This document shows, piece after piece, positions 32,822-42,602 of a stretch of 64,000 nucleotides of DNA. Position numbers and translations under genes: made by a program. This stretch comes from Polyangiales bacterium (lineage in GTDB: Bacteria; Myxococcota_A; Polyangia; Polyangiales; JADJQN01). Below the pieces are notes generated by a model, which saw nothing but the letters and a program-made list of their open reading frames with translations, did no database searches and had not been told where the DNA came from. The number at the start of each line of letters is the position of its first letter. Position 1 is the stretch's first letter. The stretch covers positions 32,001 through 96,000 of the forward strand of contig CAXNJO010000010.1 in assembly GCA_964202905.1 (NCBI GenBank). The letters run 5' to 3'.

Positions 32822-33655
32822 TCAGCCCGCGGGGGGCGCGGGGACGTCGGAATCGGGCGCGGCGGGAGACGGCGAAGGCGCGTTGGGAGGGGGCGCGCCG
32901 GGCGCGTCCGACTCGGGCGCAGCAGAGCTCGGCGCGGTCGGCGCGGTCGGCACCGCAGGGACGAGCGACGCGGGCACGGGCGCAGCCAGGCGTGGCGCGC
33001 CCGGCGCGTCCGACTCGGGGGCAGCGGGCTCCTGCGGCGGAGGCTCGTCCGGCGGGGGCTCGTCCGACGGCGTGGCGTCCCAGACGAGCGCGAGGCCCGG
33101 CGCGACGTACGACTCGACGCCGCGCTCGCCCGGCCGGAGCTCCGCGCGCTGGAACCAGACGTCGACGCCGAGCCCGAGGCGCGCGCGTCCGCCGAGCGGC
33201 AGCGCGAGCCACGCGCCGAGCGCGGCGAAGAGATCCGCGTCGAGGCCCGCATCGGTCGCGCCCGCCCAGGCGCCGAGGCGCCCGCGCAGGTCGAGGCCGA
33301 CCCCGCCACCGAGGGGCAGAAGCAGGCTCACGCTCGCGGCGAGGGGCATGTAGACGCGCGAGCGCACGCCGTCCGCGCTCGAGACGGCCGCGACGCCGAG
33401 CGCGCCGCCGACCCGCAGGAGGCCGACCTCGTGGAAGAGGTCCACGATCGCCCCGGCGCCGTAATCCGCGCGCTCCGCGCCGCTCGTCGCGCTGCGGCCG
33501 TCGGGCGCGCTGCGCTCGTCGCCGACCAGCGCCACCGCGCTCACCGCGCCCGCAGGCCGCGCCTGCGCCGCGGCGGTACGAAGGGGCGGCGCACCGAGGA
33601 GGCCGAGGAGCGCGGCGGCGGCGAGCGCGGGACGGTTCCGGAGGCGGCTCGCCAT
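32822..33655 (-). CDS. Exported hypothetical protein, probable small beta-barrel with Pro-rich tail
   Basis: Signal peptide AAA-Q, alternating amphipathic strands, duplicated APESDAPGAP. Confidence 0.5.
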   Translation of the reverse strand: MASRLRNRPALAAAALLGLLGAPPLRTAAAQARPAGAVSAVALVGDERSAPDGRSATSGAERADYGAGAIVDLFHEVGLLRVGGALGVAAVSSADGVRSRVYMPLAASVSLLLPLGGGVGLDLRGRLGAWAGATDAGLDADLFAALGAWLALPLGGRARLGLGVDVWFQRAELRPGERGVESYVAPGLALVWDATPSDEPPPDEPPPQEPAAPESDAPGAPRLAAPVPASLVPAVPTAPTAPSSAAPESDAPGAPPPNAPSPSPAAPDSDVPAPPAG

Positions 33656-33763
33656 GCGTCGCCGTGGTGTACGCGCGCGGGACACGCGGGGTCAAGGACC
33701 GCGGCAGCGCGGAGGGCGCGGCGCGCCTGCGAATAAGCACGTGGGCGCGGCGTCTCACGCGGC

Positions 33764-35128
33764 ATGACGCCCCGCTGCGCGCACGCCCCGCTCGCCCTGC
33801 TGGTCGGCCTCGCCGCCGCGCTGTGTTCGACCCGCGCGCACGCGCAGGCCGCGGCCCCCGTCGAGGCCGCGGAGTCCGCGCGGCTCTCGACGCTCTCCGG
33901 CGCCGACCGCGCCGCGCTCGCCCCGCTGCTCGCGCGCGGCCCCGTCGCGCTCGTCGAGTTCACCGAAGGCGACGCGCTCCCCGCGATCCTGCTCGCCGCG
34001 GAGGTCGACGCGCCCGCGGCCACGCTCGCCGCGGTCGTCGGGGATCCGGCGGGCTATCCGCGCTTCATGGGCGTGCTCGACTCGGTCGCGGTCACCGGAC
34101 GGCACGGCGGCTCGCTCTCCTACGACTGGACGTGGCGGACCGCGATCTTCGAGCTGCGCGGCTCGAACGTGATGACCCGCGCCGAGCCGCCGCCCGGGCA
34201 CCCCGAGCGTGGCTGGCGCTTCGGCATCCGCGCGACGGGTGGCGATCTCGGCACGGGGCGCTTCCTCTGGAGCGTCCTGCCCGTCGACGACACGCACAGC
34301 CTCGTGACCCTCGCGACGCGCCTCGACCTGCGCGACGCGAACTACCTCGCGCGGCAGATGTCGCAGGCGAGCAAGAGCGTGAACCGCTCGATCAACCTCT
34401 CGCTCGGCTTCGTGATGCTGCTCGGCGCGCGGCACGAGGCGCAGCGCCTCGCCGGTCACGCGCCCACGCGCGCGCACCGACCCGGCGACGCCCTGCCCGC
34501 GAGCGGGGTCGACCTCGATCGGCTCGCGCCGCTGCTCGCGCGCGGCGACCTCGTCGCGCTCACGCTCGACGGCGACGCCCTCGACCACGTCACCGCGATC
34601 GCGCGGACGGGCACGGCGCGCGACGTCGTCACCCCCGTCGTGACCGACCCGCGCGCGTTCGGCAGCGCGCTGATGCCCGGCAGCCAGGCGAGCGTGGTCG
34701 GCGTCGACGAGCCCGGAGATTGCGCGCCCGGCGCCGCAGACGCGCGCTGCGCCGCCCGCGGGACGCTCTTCGACTGGTCGATCGACATCCCGATCATCGG
34801 CACGCAGGGGCGCATGCGACTCACGCCCGCGGACGACGCCGGCGACGTCGTCGAGGTCGCCGGCGTGAGCGGCGCGCTGCACACGGGCCGCTGGCGGATC
34901 GAGACGCGGACGCAGCCGTGGGGCGAGGCCGTGGTCACCGCGGTCGGCCGCTTTGATCCGGGCGACACGACCTGGCTGCTCCGCGGCGTGGTGCGGAGCA
35001 GCGCGGACTTCGGCGCGGGGCTCGCCGCGGCCTCGGAGCTCATGCTCGTCCGCGCGATCCGCGCCCGCGCGATCGACGCGCAAGAGGCCCGGATCGCGGC
35101 CGCGAGCGCCGCCGTGATCGCGCAGTGA
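33764..35128 (+). CDS. Exported protein with tandem SRPBCC/START-like domains
   Basis: Signal peptide AHA-Q; two repeats (VDAPAATLAAVVGDPAGYPRFM; VVTPVVTDPRAFGSALMPG). Confidence 0.6.
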   Translation: MTPRCAHAPLALLVGLAAALCSTRAHAQAAAPVEAAESARLSTLSGADRAALAPLLARGPVALVEFTEGDALPAILLAAEVDAPAATLAAVVGDPAGYPRFMGVLDSVAVTGRHGGSLSYDWTWRTAIFELRGSNVMTRAEPPPGHPERGWRFGIRATGGDLGTGRFLWSVLPVDDTHSLVTLATRLDLRDANYLARQMSQASKSVNRSINLSLGFVMLLGARHEAQRLAGHAPTRAHRPGDALPASGVDLDRLAPLLARGDLVALTLDGDALDHVTAIARTGTARDVVTPVVTDPRAFGSALMPGSQASVVGVDEPGDCAPGAADARCAARGTLFDWSIDIPIIGTQGRMRLTPADDAGDVVEVAGVSGALHTGRWRIETRTQPWGEAVVTAVGRFDPGDTTWLLRGVVRSSADFGAGLAAASELMLVRAIRARAIDAQEARIAAASAAVIAQ

Positions 35129-35318
35129 GCGGCGCGCGGGGCGGCGCGCTGAATGGCCATTCATCGCGCGCGCGTCGAGCGGCACGCGGCGGGTCGTGTT
35201 CGTCGGCGCGGACGCGACGAGCGAACCGCACGCTCGTGGCCCCGGACGCGCGCTCGTCAGGGTCGCAGGCTGCGCGGCGCAGTCAGGGCGCGCGGCGCAG
35301 TCAGGGCGCGCGCCTCCG

Positions 35319-36365
35319 TCAGAACGTGAGGTGCGCCGAGACGCCGCCGCCGCTCGGCCCGACGACCGGGGCGATGCGGAGGCGCGCCGTCGTCGCTGCG
35401 GCCTCGCCGGCCGACGCGTCCTCGTCCTCCTCGTCGCCGGAGGCGAGCTGGAGCACGAGCGCGGTCACGAGCCCCGCGATGGCCACGCCGAAGCCCACGT
35501 CCGCGAAGAGCGCCAAGCGCTCGCCGCGGTCCGCGATCGCCTCGCTCGGCGCGGCGTCGAAGTCGCTCTGCTCCGAGAGCGCGAGGAAGCCGAGCACGGT
35601 GCCGGCGACGAGCCCGCCCGCGCCGACACCCGCCGCGATCCACACGCCCGCGCCCGGCCCCTCGGACTCCGCCTCCTCCGCCGCGGGCGGCGCGACGGGC
35701 TCCGGCTCAGCGGGCGTCTCCTCCACCGGCGGCGCCGCCGGACGAGCCGTGAGCGCGGGCACCGCGAGCTCCTGCCGCGCGCCGAAGCCGACGGTCACGG
35801 TCTGCGACGCGGGCTCGTAGCCTTCGAGGGAGAGCACGATCGTGTGCTCCCCCGGGGCGGCGTCGACGTCGGCGGGCGTCACACGCCCGGTGTCCGTCCC
35901 GTCGAGGCGGATCGCGGCGCCGGCGGGCTCGCTGCTCACGGCGACGACGCCCGGGCGCGTGCGCAGCTGGTCGATGCGGGCCTGCACCGCGGCGCGGTCC
36001 GGCGCGTCGGCGCGCAGCGAGAGGTAGCGCTCGAGCGTCGCGACGGTGTCGACGATGCGCCCGAGGCGCTCCTGGGACTCGGCGATGCTGATGAGCACGA
36101 CGGGGTTCGGCACGCTCGCGAACGCGGCCTCGAAGCGGGCGAGCGACTCGGCAAACTTGCCCTCGCGGAACAGCGTCTGCCCTTCGCCGTAGGCTGCGCG
36201 GGCGGCCGTCGTCTGCTCGGCCGTGGGGCCCGCAGGCGCCGCCGTGCGACCACCACGGCGTTGCGCCTCCGCGCGCGACGCGCCCAGCAGCGCCGACGCG
36301 GCGAACATGGCCGCAACCACCCAAACCATCCCGCGAGACCCCGAGCTGCGAAGCACGCCGTTCAT
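35319..36365 (-). CDS. TPR + PEGA domain exported protein
   Basis: Signal peptide, TPR helices, PEGA VSSEPAGAAIRLDG..GRVTP...PGEHTIVLSLEGY, terminal Phe. Confidence 0.85.
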   Translation of the reverse strand: MNGVLRSSGSRGMVWVVAAMFAASALLGASRAEAQRRGGRTAAPAGPTAEQTTAARAAYGEGQTLFREGKFAESLARFEAAFASVPNPVVLISIAESQERLGRIVDTVATLERYLSLRADAPDRAAVQARIDQLRTRPGVVAVSSEPAGAAIRLDGTDTGRVTPADVDAAPGEHTIVLSLEGYEPASQTVTVGFGARQELAVPALTARPAAPPVEETPAEPEPVAPPAAEEAESEGPGAGVWIAAGVGAGGLVAGTVLGFLALSEQSDFDAAPSEAIADRGERLALFADVGFGVAIAGLVTALVLQLASGDEEDEDASAGEAAATTARLRIAPVVGPSGGGVSAHLTF

Positions 36366-36436
36366 GCGCAGGACCGTACGCGCGCCGCCCGAGGTCCGTC
36401 AACGGGCGCGCACACGAACACGCCCCGGGATATCGC

Positions 36437-38428
36437 TCAACGCGCGGTGGACGTGCCCGCGAAATGGGCGGCGAGGAACCCCTCGACGCGATCGAGCGGG
36501 CCACGGAGCGCGACCGCGAGCGGCTCGAGGCGGAGCATCTCGGCGTCGAGGCGCTGCACGTGATCGGCGAGTTCCCGCTCGATGCGCTCGTCGTGCGCCT
36601 CGAGTTCGACGCGCAGCTGACCCAAGTTCTGCTGGAGTTCGTCGCAGCGCGCGCCCTCGGCGCGGAGGACCTCGTCGACCGCGGCGACCTCCCACAGCAA
36701 CGCGTCCGTCGCGCCGGGACCGCTCGCCGGCGCGGGGCCCGTGGTCGTGCCAGGCCCGCTCGAGGCGGGGCTAGTCGAGGCGGAACCAGTCGCGGCGGGG
36801 CCAGTCGCGGCGGGGCCAGTCGAGGCGGAACCAGTCGAGGCGGAACCAGTCGCGGCGGCGAGCGAGCCGCGGAGGGCCTCACGCCGCGTGCCGAGGCGCT
36901 CGAGCTCGCCGCGCCGCTCGCTCAGCCGCCGCCCGAGGTCGTCGATGCGGCCGCCCCGCTCCGCGCGGAAGACGCGCGCCTGGTCCGCGAGTTCCTCGAC
37001 GTCGCGTTGGCGGGACTCGGCGAGGTGTCCCCCCTCCTCGAGCGCCTCGAGCGTGCGCGCGGCGAGGGCCATCGCCTGCGCGACGACAGGGGGGGCGGGG
37101 CGCTCCGCCTCGACGTCGTCGAGCGCGGCGCGGAGCGCGTCGAAGCGCTGCCGCCAGCGGCGGAAGCCGAGGAGTCCATCGGTCGCGCGCATGGGAAGCG
37201 GCGCGTCGGCCGCGTCCGCCGGGGGCGCGGCGCCCAGCCAGCCCCCGCCTGCGAGGGGCACGCTCGGCGTGTCGAGGCCGTCGAGCGCGGGCGGCACGGG
37301 GATGGTGTGCCGGTTGTAGTCGCGCGCGGCGAGGCGCACCGCGCCCGGCGGGGTCGCGGTGCCCTGCGCGCCGGTGTCGAGCGTCGCGTCGGCCGCGTCT
37401 CCCGGGAAGGCGTGGCCGTCGGGCGCGGTCTCCGCATGGAGCGCGTCGCGCCGTGCCGAGGTCGGTACGCCCGAGGACGGGTCCTGCTCCGCGGCCTCGA
37501 GCCTGAGCCGGGCGCGCGTCGCGCCGAGCTCCGCGAGGAAATGGAAGGCGTCGCGGAAGCGCTCCTGGGGGCTCTTCCGGAGACAGCGCAGCACGAGATC
37601 CTCGACGGCGGACTCGACGCGCGGGAGGCGCTCTCGGGGCGGGATCGGCGCCTCGGTGACGTGCTTGACGAGCAGATCGCCGGGGTATTGGTAGTCGAAC
37701 GGGAGCGCGCCCGTGACCATCTCGTAGAGGATGACGCCGAGGGAGTAGAGGTCCGCACGCCCGTCGATGTGGGTCGACTGGATGTACTCCGGCGCGATGT
37801 AGCCCGGCGTGCCGAAGATCTGCTGCGACCCCGTGAGCGAGGGGGCGTCCATGATCTTCGCGATGCCGAAATCGAGCAGTTTCACGAAGTCCGCGCGGCC
37901 GCGCTTCTGGAGCAGCAGGATGTTCTCGGGCTTGAGGTCCCGGTGCACGATCCCCATCTGGTGGGCCCGGGCGAGCGCGCCCGCGATCTGCTCGGCGATG
38001 TCGAGCGCGCGGGCCGCCGGAAACGGACCGGTGCCCATCGACTTGAGGAGCGTGTCGCCGGGGACGTACTCCATCACGAGATAGACCATGCCGTCGTCGG
38101 ACTCGCCGAAGTCGGTGATCTCCACGATGTTCTCGTGGTTGATGCGGTTGACCGCGCGCGCTTCGCGCACGAAGCGATCGCGCTGCACCGGGTCGAGCGC
38201 GAGGTCGCGCCGGAGCGTCTTGATCGCCATGAGGCGGTCGATCGTCACGTGCCGCGCGAGGTAGACGCTCGACATGCCGCCCGCGCCCAGGCGCGAGATG
38301 AGCCGATAACGGCCGCCCACGGTGCGGCCGATGAGCGGGTCGAGGACCTCGCGCGCCTCGGCGCCGTCCCTCGGACACCGCTCGACGTCGTCCGGGTACA
38401 GCTCAGAACAGCGCGGACAGACCTTCAT
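36437..38428 (-). CDS. Hanks-type Ser/Thr protein kinase with N-terminal zinc ribbon and C-terminal coiled coil
   Basis: LGAGGMSSVY, AIK, HRDLKPENIL, DFGIAK, GTPGYIAPE, DLYSLG. Confidence 0.95.
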   Translation of the reverse strand: MKVCPRCSELYPDDVERCPRDGAEAREVLDPLIGRTVGGRYRLISRLGAGGMSSVYLARHVTIDRLMAIKTLRRDLALDPVQRDRFVREARAVNRINHENIVEITDFGESDDGMVYLVMEYVPGDTLLKSMGTGPFPAARALDIAEQIAGALARAHQMGIVHRDLKPENILLLQKRGRADFVKLLDFGIAKIMDAPSLTGSQQIFGTPGYIAPEYIQSTHIDGRADLYSLGVILYEMVTGALPFDYQYPGDLLVKHVTEAPIPPRERLPRVESAVEDLVLRCLRKSPQERFRDAFHFLAELGATRARLRLEAAEQDPSSGVPTSARRDALHAETAPDGHAFPGDAADATLDTGAQGTATPPGAVRLAARDYNRHTIPVPPALDGLDTPSVPLAGGGWLGAAPPADAADAPLPMRATDGLLGFRRWRQRFDALRAALDDVEAERPAPPVVAQAMALAARTLEALEEGGHLAESRQRDVEELADQARVFRAERGGRIDDLGRRLSERRGELERLGTRREALRGSLAAATGSASTGSASTGPAATGPAATGSASTSPASSGPGTTTGPAPASGPGATDALLWEVAAVDEVLRAEGARCDELQQNLGQLRVELEAHDERIERELADHVQRLDAEMLRLEPLAVALRGPLDRVEGFLAAHFAGTSTAR
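36773..36858. repeat. 15-bp tandem repeat (~5.5 copies) inside the kinase C-terminus
   Basis: agtcg(a/c)ggcgg(aa/gg)cc units encoding (A/S)TG(S/P)A. Confidence 0.8.
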
Positions 38429-38501
38429 CGGGGTCGAGAGATTAGCCCCCCGCAGCCCGCACAGGAAGCACAACCCGCGCGACGACGCGATCCGCGCGCG
38501 C

Positions 38502-38957
38502 TCAGGCGCCGGCGTCGCCGGCGTCAGGCTCCGACGACGCATCGACGTCACCCGGGGGGCCGGCGTCCTCGCCGAGATCGGGCGCCGCGCCGAGGTCGAT
38601 CGCGCCCGCGTCCGGCGCCGCGGCGTCCTCGCCGAGATCGACGGAAATCGAGAGGTCGCTCGGATCGCCCGCGTCCTCCGGGCCCACGCCCTGATCGCCA
38701 GGGCCCGCGTCCGAGACGCCGAGGTCGCGCGGCCCGGCATCGACCGCGAGGCAGCTGACGGCGCACACGCCGCGATCGGTGAGGCTCGCGCTGCCCTTGC
38801 AGCAGAGGAGACCGGTCTCGCAGTCGCTGTCGAGCTGGCAGACGGCGCCCGCGGCGCCCTCGCACGAGGCGAGGCCGAGCAGGGCGAGGGCGGCGAGCGC
38901 CCACGCGTGGAAGGCCGGGAGGGAGCGCGGGCGGGGCATCGAGGAGTTCCGGGTCAT
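38502..38957 (-). CDS. Cys-rich lipoprotein with acidic DAG/DLG tail
   Basis: Lipobox LGLASC, CQLDSDCETGLLCC...C...C, DAG repeats typical of myxobacterial lipoproteins. Confidence 0.65.
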   Translation of the reverse strand: MTRNSSMPRPRSLPAFHAWALAALALLGLASCEGAAGAVCQLDSDCETGLLCCKGSASLTDRGVCAVSCLAVDAGPRDLGVSDAGPGDQGVGPEDAGDPSDLSISVDLGEDAAAPDAGAIDLGAAPDLGEDAGPPGDVDASSEPDAGDAGA

Positions 38958-39871
38958 CGGGCGGGCGGACGATAGCCCCGGCTCCCGGGCGTGTCGATCC
39001 GCGCGCCGTCGCGCAGGTCGTATGCGCAACGGAAGCCGATGTCGGCCTCGCGCACCCCCTCGGGCGCGGCCGCGCGTGCGGCGCCACGGAGCGCGAACGG
39101 CAGCGTGCGGTACGAGCCGCCCCGCACCACGCGCAGGGCCCCGCCCTCCGGCCCGCGGGGATCGACGCCCGGAGAGCGCGCGTAGTAGTCGGGGGCGAAC
39201 CAGTCGGCGACCCACTCGGCCGCGTTGCCGGCGAGGTCGAGCACGCCCTCGTCGCTCGCGCCGTCCGGGTACGCGCCGACCGGCGCGAGCAGCGCGTACA
39301 CGTCGCCCGACACGCGCGCGGCCGACGCGAGGCGCCCGACGTTCGCGAGGCGCGCATCCCACCCGTCGCCCCACGGGAACGCGCGGCGTGACGCCCGACC
39401 GCGCGCGGCGCGCTCCCACTCGGCCTCGGTGGGCAGGCGTCCCCCGACGAACGCGCAGTACGTGCGCGCCTCGGCGTGCGACACGCCGACGACCGGGAGC
39501 GCCGCGCCAGCGAGCCGCGGGTCGCCGTCCCCGAAGCGCGAGGGCACGCACGCGCCCGCGGCGACGCAGCGCACGTACGCGGCCTGCGTCACCTCCACGC
39601 GGTCGAGGCCGAACGCCGCGACGCGCACCCGGTGCGCGGGCTGCTCCGCGGCGAAGAGCCCGTCCACGCAGCGCGCCGCGGCGCCCTGCCCGCCGAGCGT
39701 GCGCCGGCAGAGCCGCACGGCGTCGTCGACCTCGTCCGTCGTGCTGCCCATCCAGCGCTCGCCCGCGCCGATCCGCACGATCGCGGCGCGTCGGACGATG
39801 CGCGGTGTCGTCCCCGCCGCGAGGAGCGGACCGAGCACGAGCGCGAGCAGGACGACACGGAGACGGGACAC
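38954..39871 (-). CDS. Formylglycine-generating enzyme (SUMF1/FGE-sulfatase) domain protein
   Basis: EQPAHRV, LDRVEVTQ, RLPTEAEWERAARG, DLAGNAAEW, VRGGSY, IGFRCA. Confidence 0.9.
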   Translation of the reverse strand: MSRLRVVLLALVLGPLLAAGTTPRIVRRAAIVRIGAGERWMGSTTDEVDDAVRLCRRTLGGQGAAARCVDGLFAAEQPAHRVRVAAFGLDRVEVTQAAYVRCVAAGACVPSRFGDGDPRLAGAALPVVGVSHAEARTYCAFVGGRLPTEAEWERAARGRASRRAFPWGDGWDARLANVGRLASAARVSGDVYALLAPVGAYPDGASDEGVLDLAGNAAEWVADWFAPDYYARSPGVDPRGPEGGALRVVRGGSYRTLPFALRGAARAAAPEGVREADIGFRCAYDLRDGARIDTPGSRGYRPPAR

Positions 39872-39975
39872 GCAGCGCCGAGCCTAGCAACGCGCGCGAC
39901 CGCGCACGCGGCCGCCGCGGTGCCACGCCGCGTCGATGCTGCACGGACCGGACGCGTCGAGGCGCTCAGGGGCGC

Positions 39976-40746
39976 TCAGCGGCGCACGTGGTGCCGCGCG
40001 AGCCACAGCCCCGCGCCGAGCGCGACGCACACGCCGAGCCCCTGCGACGTCGAGACGCCGTGCGCGACGCCGCGCACGACATCGCCGCGCAGCGGCTCGA
40101 GCCCGACGCGCAACACACCGTACAGCAGCGCGTAGCGCGCCAGCGCGTCCCCCGCGCGCGCCGGCTCGCGACCGCGCGCTCCCCACGCCGCGACGGCCGC
40201 GGCGACGAGCAACAGCGCGCCAGCCTCGTAGAGCGGCCATGCGTGGCGCGGCACCGCCGGATGCGCCCCGGGCGCGCGCGGGTCGGTGTAGGTGATCGCG
40301 AGCGGGCCGTCCCACGGCGCGCCAAAGCAACACCCGCCGAGCAGGCAGCCCACCCGCCCGATCGCGTGGCCGAGCGGCAGCGCGGGGGCCGCGCAGTCGG
40401 CGAGGGTCGTCACCGGCAGCCCGAGCGCGCGCGCCGCGAGCGCGAGCGACACGCCCCCGCCCAGCAGTCCGCCGAGGAAGACGCGCCCGCCGCGCTCGAC
40501 GGCGACGAGCCAGTCCCCCGAGCGGAACACCTCGACCGCGACGAAGAGCAGCCACGCCCCTGCGAGCGCGCCTGCGACGCCGAGCGCGAGCGCGGCCGTC
40601 ACCCGCCCGACATCGAGCCCCGCGCGCACCGCGCGCCGCACGAAGACCGCACCGCCGACGAGCAGCGCGAGCGCGAGGAGCACGCCGTACGCGCCGACCG
40701 GGCGCACGCCGCCGGGCACCGGAACCTCGAACAAGATCGGGTGCAC
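39976..40746 (-). CDS. lgt: Prolipoprotein diacylglyceryl transferase
   Basis: HPILFE, YGVLLAL, GGRVFLGGLLGG, GHAIGRVGCLLGGCCFG, PLYE, EPLRGD, STSQ. Confidence 0.88.
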   Translation of the reverse strand: MHPILFEVPVPGGVRPVGAYGVLLALALLVGGAVFVRRAVRAGLDVGRVTAALALGVAGALAGAWLLFVAVEVFRSGDWLVAVERGGRVFLGGLLGGGVSLALAARALGLPVTTLADCAAPALPLGHAIGRVGCLLGGCCFGAPWDGPLAITYTDPRAPGAHPAVPRHAWPLYEAGALLLVAAAVAAWGARGREPARAGDALARYALLYGVLRVGLEPLRGDVVRGVAHGVSTSQGLGVCVALGAGLWLARHHVRR

Positions 40747-40747
40747 G

Positions 40748-41311
40748 TCAGCGCGGCGCGGACGGGGGCGCAGGCGCGGGGGGCGCGATCGGCGGGGGCG
40801 GGAACGCGGGCGGCGGCGGCCCCCCCGTCGGCCCATCCGCGGCAGGCGGCGCAGCGGCAGGCGGCGCATCGGGGCTGGGCGGTGCGTCCGGCGCAGGCGG
40901 CGCAGCGGGGAGCGGCGGCAGGAGACCGACGCCGCCGTCGCCGCGCACGAGCCAGGGCGGCGGCCGCCCGCTGCCGACGCTCCAGGAGACCCCGCCGTCG
41001 CCGCGGTGCCGTGGGCCCGCGACCATGCCCGCCGTGCAGAGCGCGTTGCAGAGCCCGCACGTGAGGGCGAACACCAACCCCAGCAAGAAGGCGACGATCG
41101 AGGTGATCAGGCCCGCGAGGCCCGCGCCGCCCGTCCCGCCCTCCTGCTTCGAGCGCGACATCGCGAGGCCGCCGAGCACGGCGCCGGCGAGCGCGACGAC
41201 GGGCGCACCGAACGAGAGCACGCTCCCGACGCCGGGCAGCCACGTCAGCACGATGCCGCCGAACATCATCAGCAGCGCGAGCACCCCGAGCACGATCGAG
41301 CCGACGCCCAT
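40748..41311 (-). CDS. Small multi-pass membrane protein with Pro-rich C-terminus (DUF4190-like)
   Basis: GSIVLGVLAL, three TMs, CGLC. Confidence 0.55.
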   Translation of the reverse strand: MGVGSIVLGVLALLMMFGGIVLTWLPGVGSVLSFGAPVVALAGAVLGGLAMSRSKQEGGTGGAGLAGLITSIVAFLLGLVFALTCGLCNALCTAGMVAGPRHRGDGGVSWSVGSGRPPPWLVRGDGGVGLLPPLPAAPPAPDAPPSPDAPPAAAPPAADGPTGGPPPPAFPPPPIAPPAPAPPSAPR

Positions 41312-41384
41312 CGGCCGCAGCGTCCCACCCGCGCCGAGCGCGTCAAGAGGCGCGGTCCGCCGCGCCTGCTACGCTCGCGCCCCC

Positions 41385-42602
41385 ATGCCGACGCCCCCCG
41401 CCGAGAGAGGTCGCCGAGCGCGCCCCACCAAGCCGAGCGACGAGCCGCTGCGCGGAGGCCGCTGCGCCATCGTCGGTCGCCCGAACGTCGGCAAGTCGAC
41501 GCTGCTCAACACGCTGCTCGGGCAGAAACTCGCCATCGTCGCGAGCAAGCCGCAGACGACGCGCACGCACATCCTCGGCGTGTACCTCTCGGAAGACCCG
41601 CCGACGCAGCTCGCGCTCCTCGACACGCCGGGGCTGCACCGCCCGAAGAACGCGCTCGGCCGCGCGCTCGTCGAGTCCGCGAAGGGCGCGCTCGACGGCG
41701 CGGACGTCGTGCTGATGTTGGTCGAGGTCCCCGCCCGCTTCGAGTCGGGCACGCCCGCGGCCCCGAGCCCCGCGGACCTCGAGGTGCTCGCCACCGTGAA
41801 GGCCGCCGGCCGCCCGACGGTGTTGGCGATCAACAAGATCGACCGCCTCCCCCGCAAGGAAGCGCTCTTCCCATTGCTGGAGCTCTGGGCGACGCAGCAC
41901 GACTTCGCGGCGCTCGTGCCGATCTCGGCGCGGAGCGGGGACAACCTCGAGGCGCTCGTGAAGGTGCTGCGCCCGCACCTGCCGGAGGGCAGGCTCTACG
42001 AGGACGACGACTTCGTCACCGACCGGCCGGAGCGCTTCTTCGTCGCCGAGCTCGTGCGGGAGCAGGTCATCCAGAAGACCCGGCAGGAGGTCCCGCACTC
42101 GGTGGCGGTGCTCATCGAGGGCTTCTCCGACGAGGGCAGCCTCGTGCGGATCGACGCGACCGTCATCGTCGAGAAGGACTCGCAGAAGAAGATCGTGATC
42201 GGCGCGGGCGGCTCGATGCTGAAGGCGATCGGCACGGGCGCGCGCATCGGGATCGAGCGGATGCTCGGCAAGCAGGTGATGCTGCGGCTCTGGGTGAAGG
42301 TCGTCGCCGGCTGGACGGACGTCGAGTCGCGCGTGCGCGATGTGCTCCGCAGCGACGCCGTCTCGGGCTCGGCGACGCGGGCCGAGAAGACGCGCGGCGA
42401 GAAGCCCCGCGCGAAGAACCCGCCCCCGCGCGGCGAGAAGACCCGCGCGAAGAACCCGCCTCCGCGCGGCGACGAGACGCACCCCGAGAAACCAGCCACG
42501 CGCGGCGAGCCGACGCGCACGAAGACTCCCCCTGCGCGCGGAGACAAGACGCGCCCCGAGAACCCAGCCACGCGCGGCGCACGCGCCGGAAGGCCGTCGT
42601 GA
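41385..42602 (+). CDS. era: GTPase Era with basic repetitive C-terminal extension
   Basis: GRPNVGKSTLLN, KPQTTR, DTPG, NKID, EVPHS, KKIVIGAGG, LRLWVKV. Confidence 0.96.
   Translation: MPTPPAERGRRARPTKPSDEPLRGGRCAIVGRPNVGKSTLLNTLLGQKLAIVASKPQTTRTHILGVYLSEDPPTQLALLDTPGLHRPKNALGRALVESAKGALDGADVVLMLVEVPARFESGTPAAPSPADLEVLATVKAAGRPTVLAINKIDRLPRKEALFPLLELWATQHDFAALVPISARSGDNLEALVKVLRPHLPEGRLYEDDDFVTDRPERFFVAELVREQVIQKTRQEVPHSVAVLIEGFSDEGSLVRIDATVIVEKDSQKKIVIGAGGSMLKAIGTGARIGIERMLGKQVMLRLWVKVVAGWTDVESRVRDVLRSDAVSGSATRAEKTRGEKPRAKNPPPRGEKTRAKNPPPRGDETHPEKPATRGEPTRTKTPPARGDKTRPENPATRGARAGRPS

Noticed and set aside
35272..35307. 18-bp tandem duplication gcgcggcgcagtcagggc between convergent genes
   Set aside because: Looks like local slippage next to a stop codon; not repeated elsewhere in the window.
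36773..36858. 15-bp repeats as a possible CRISPR or DGR element
   Set aside because: In-frame coding tandem repeat with no unique spacers and no cas or reverse transcriptase gene.
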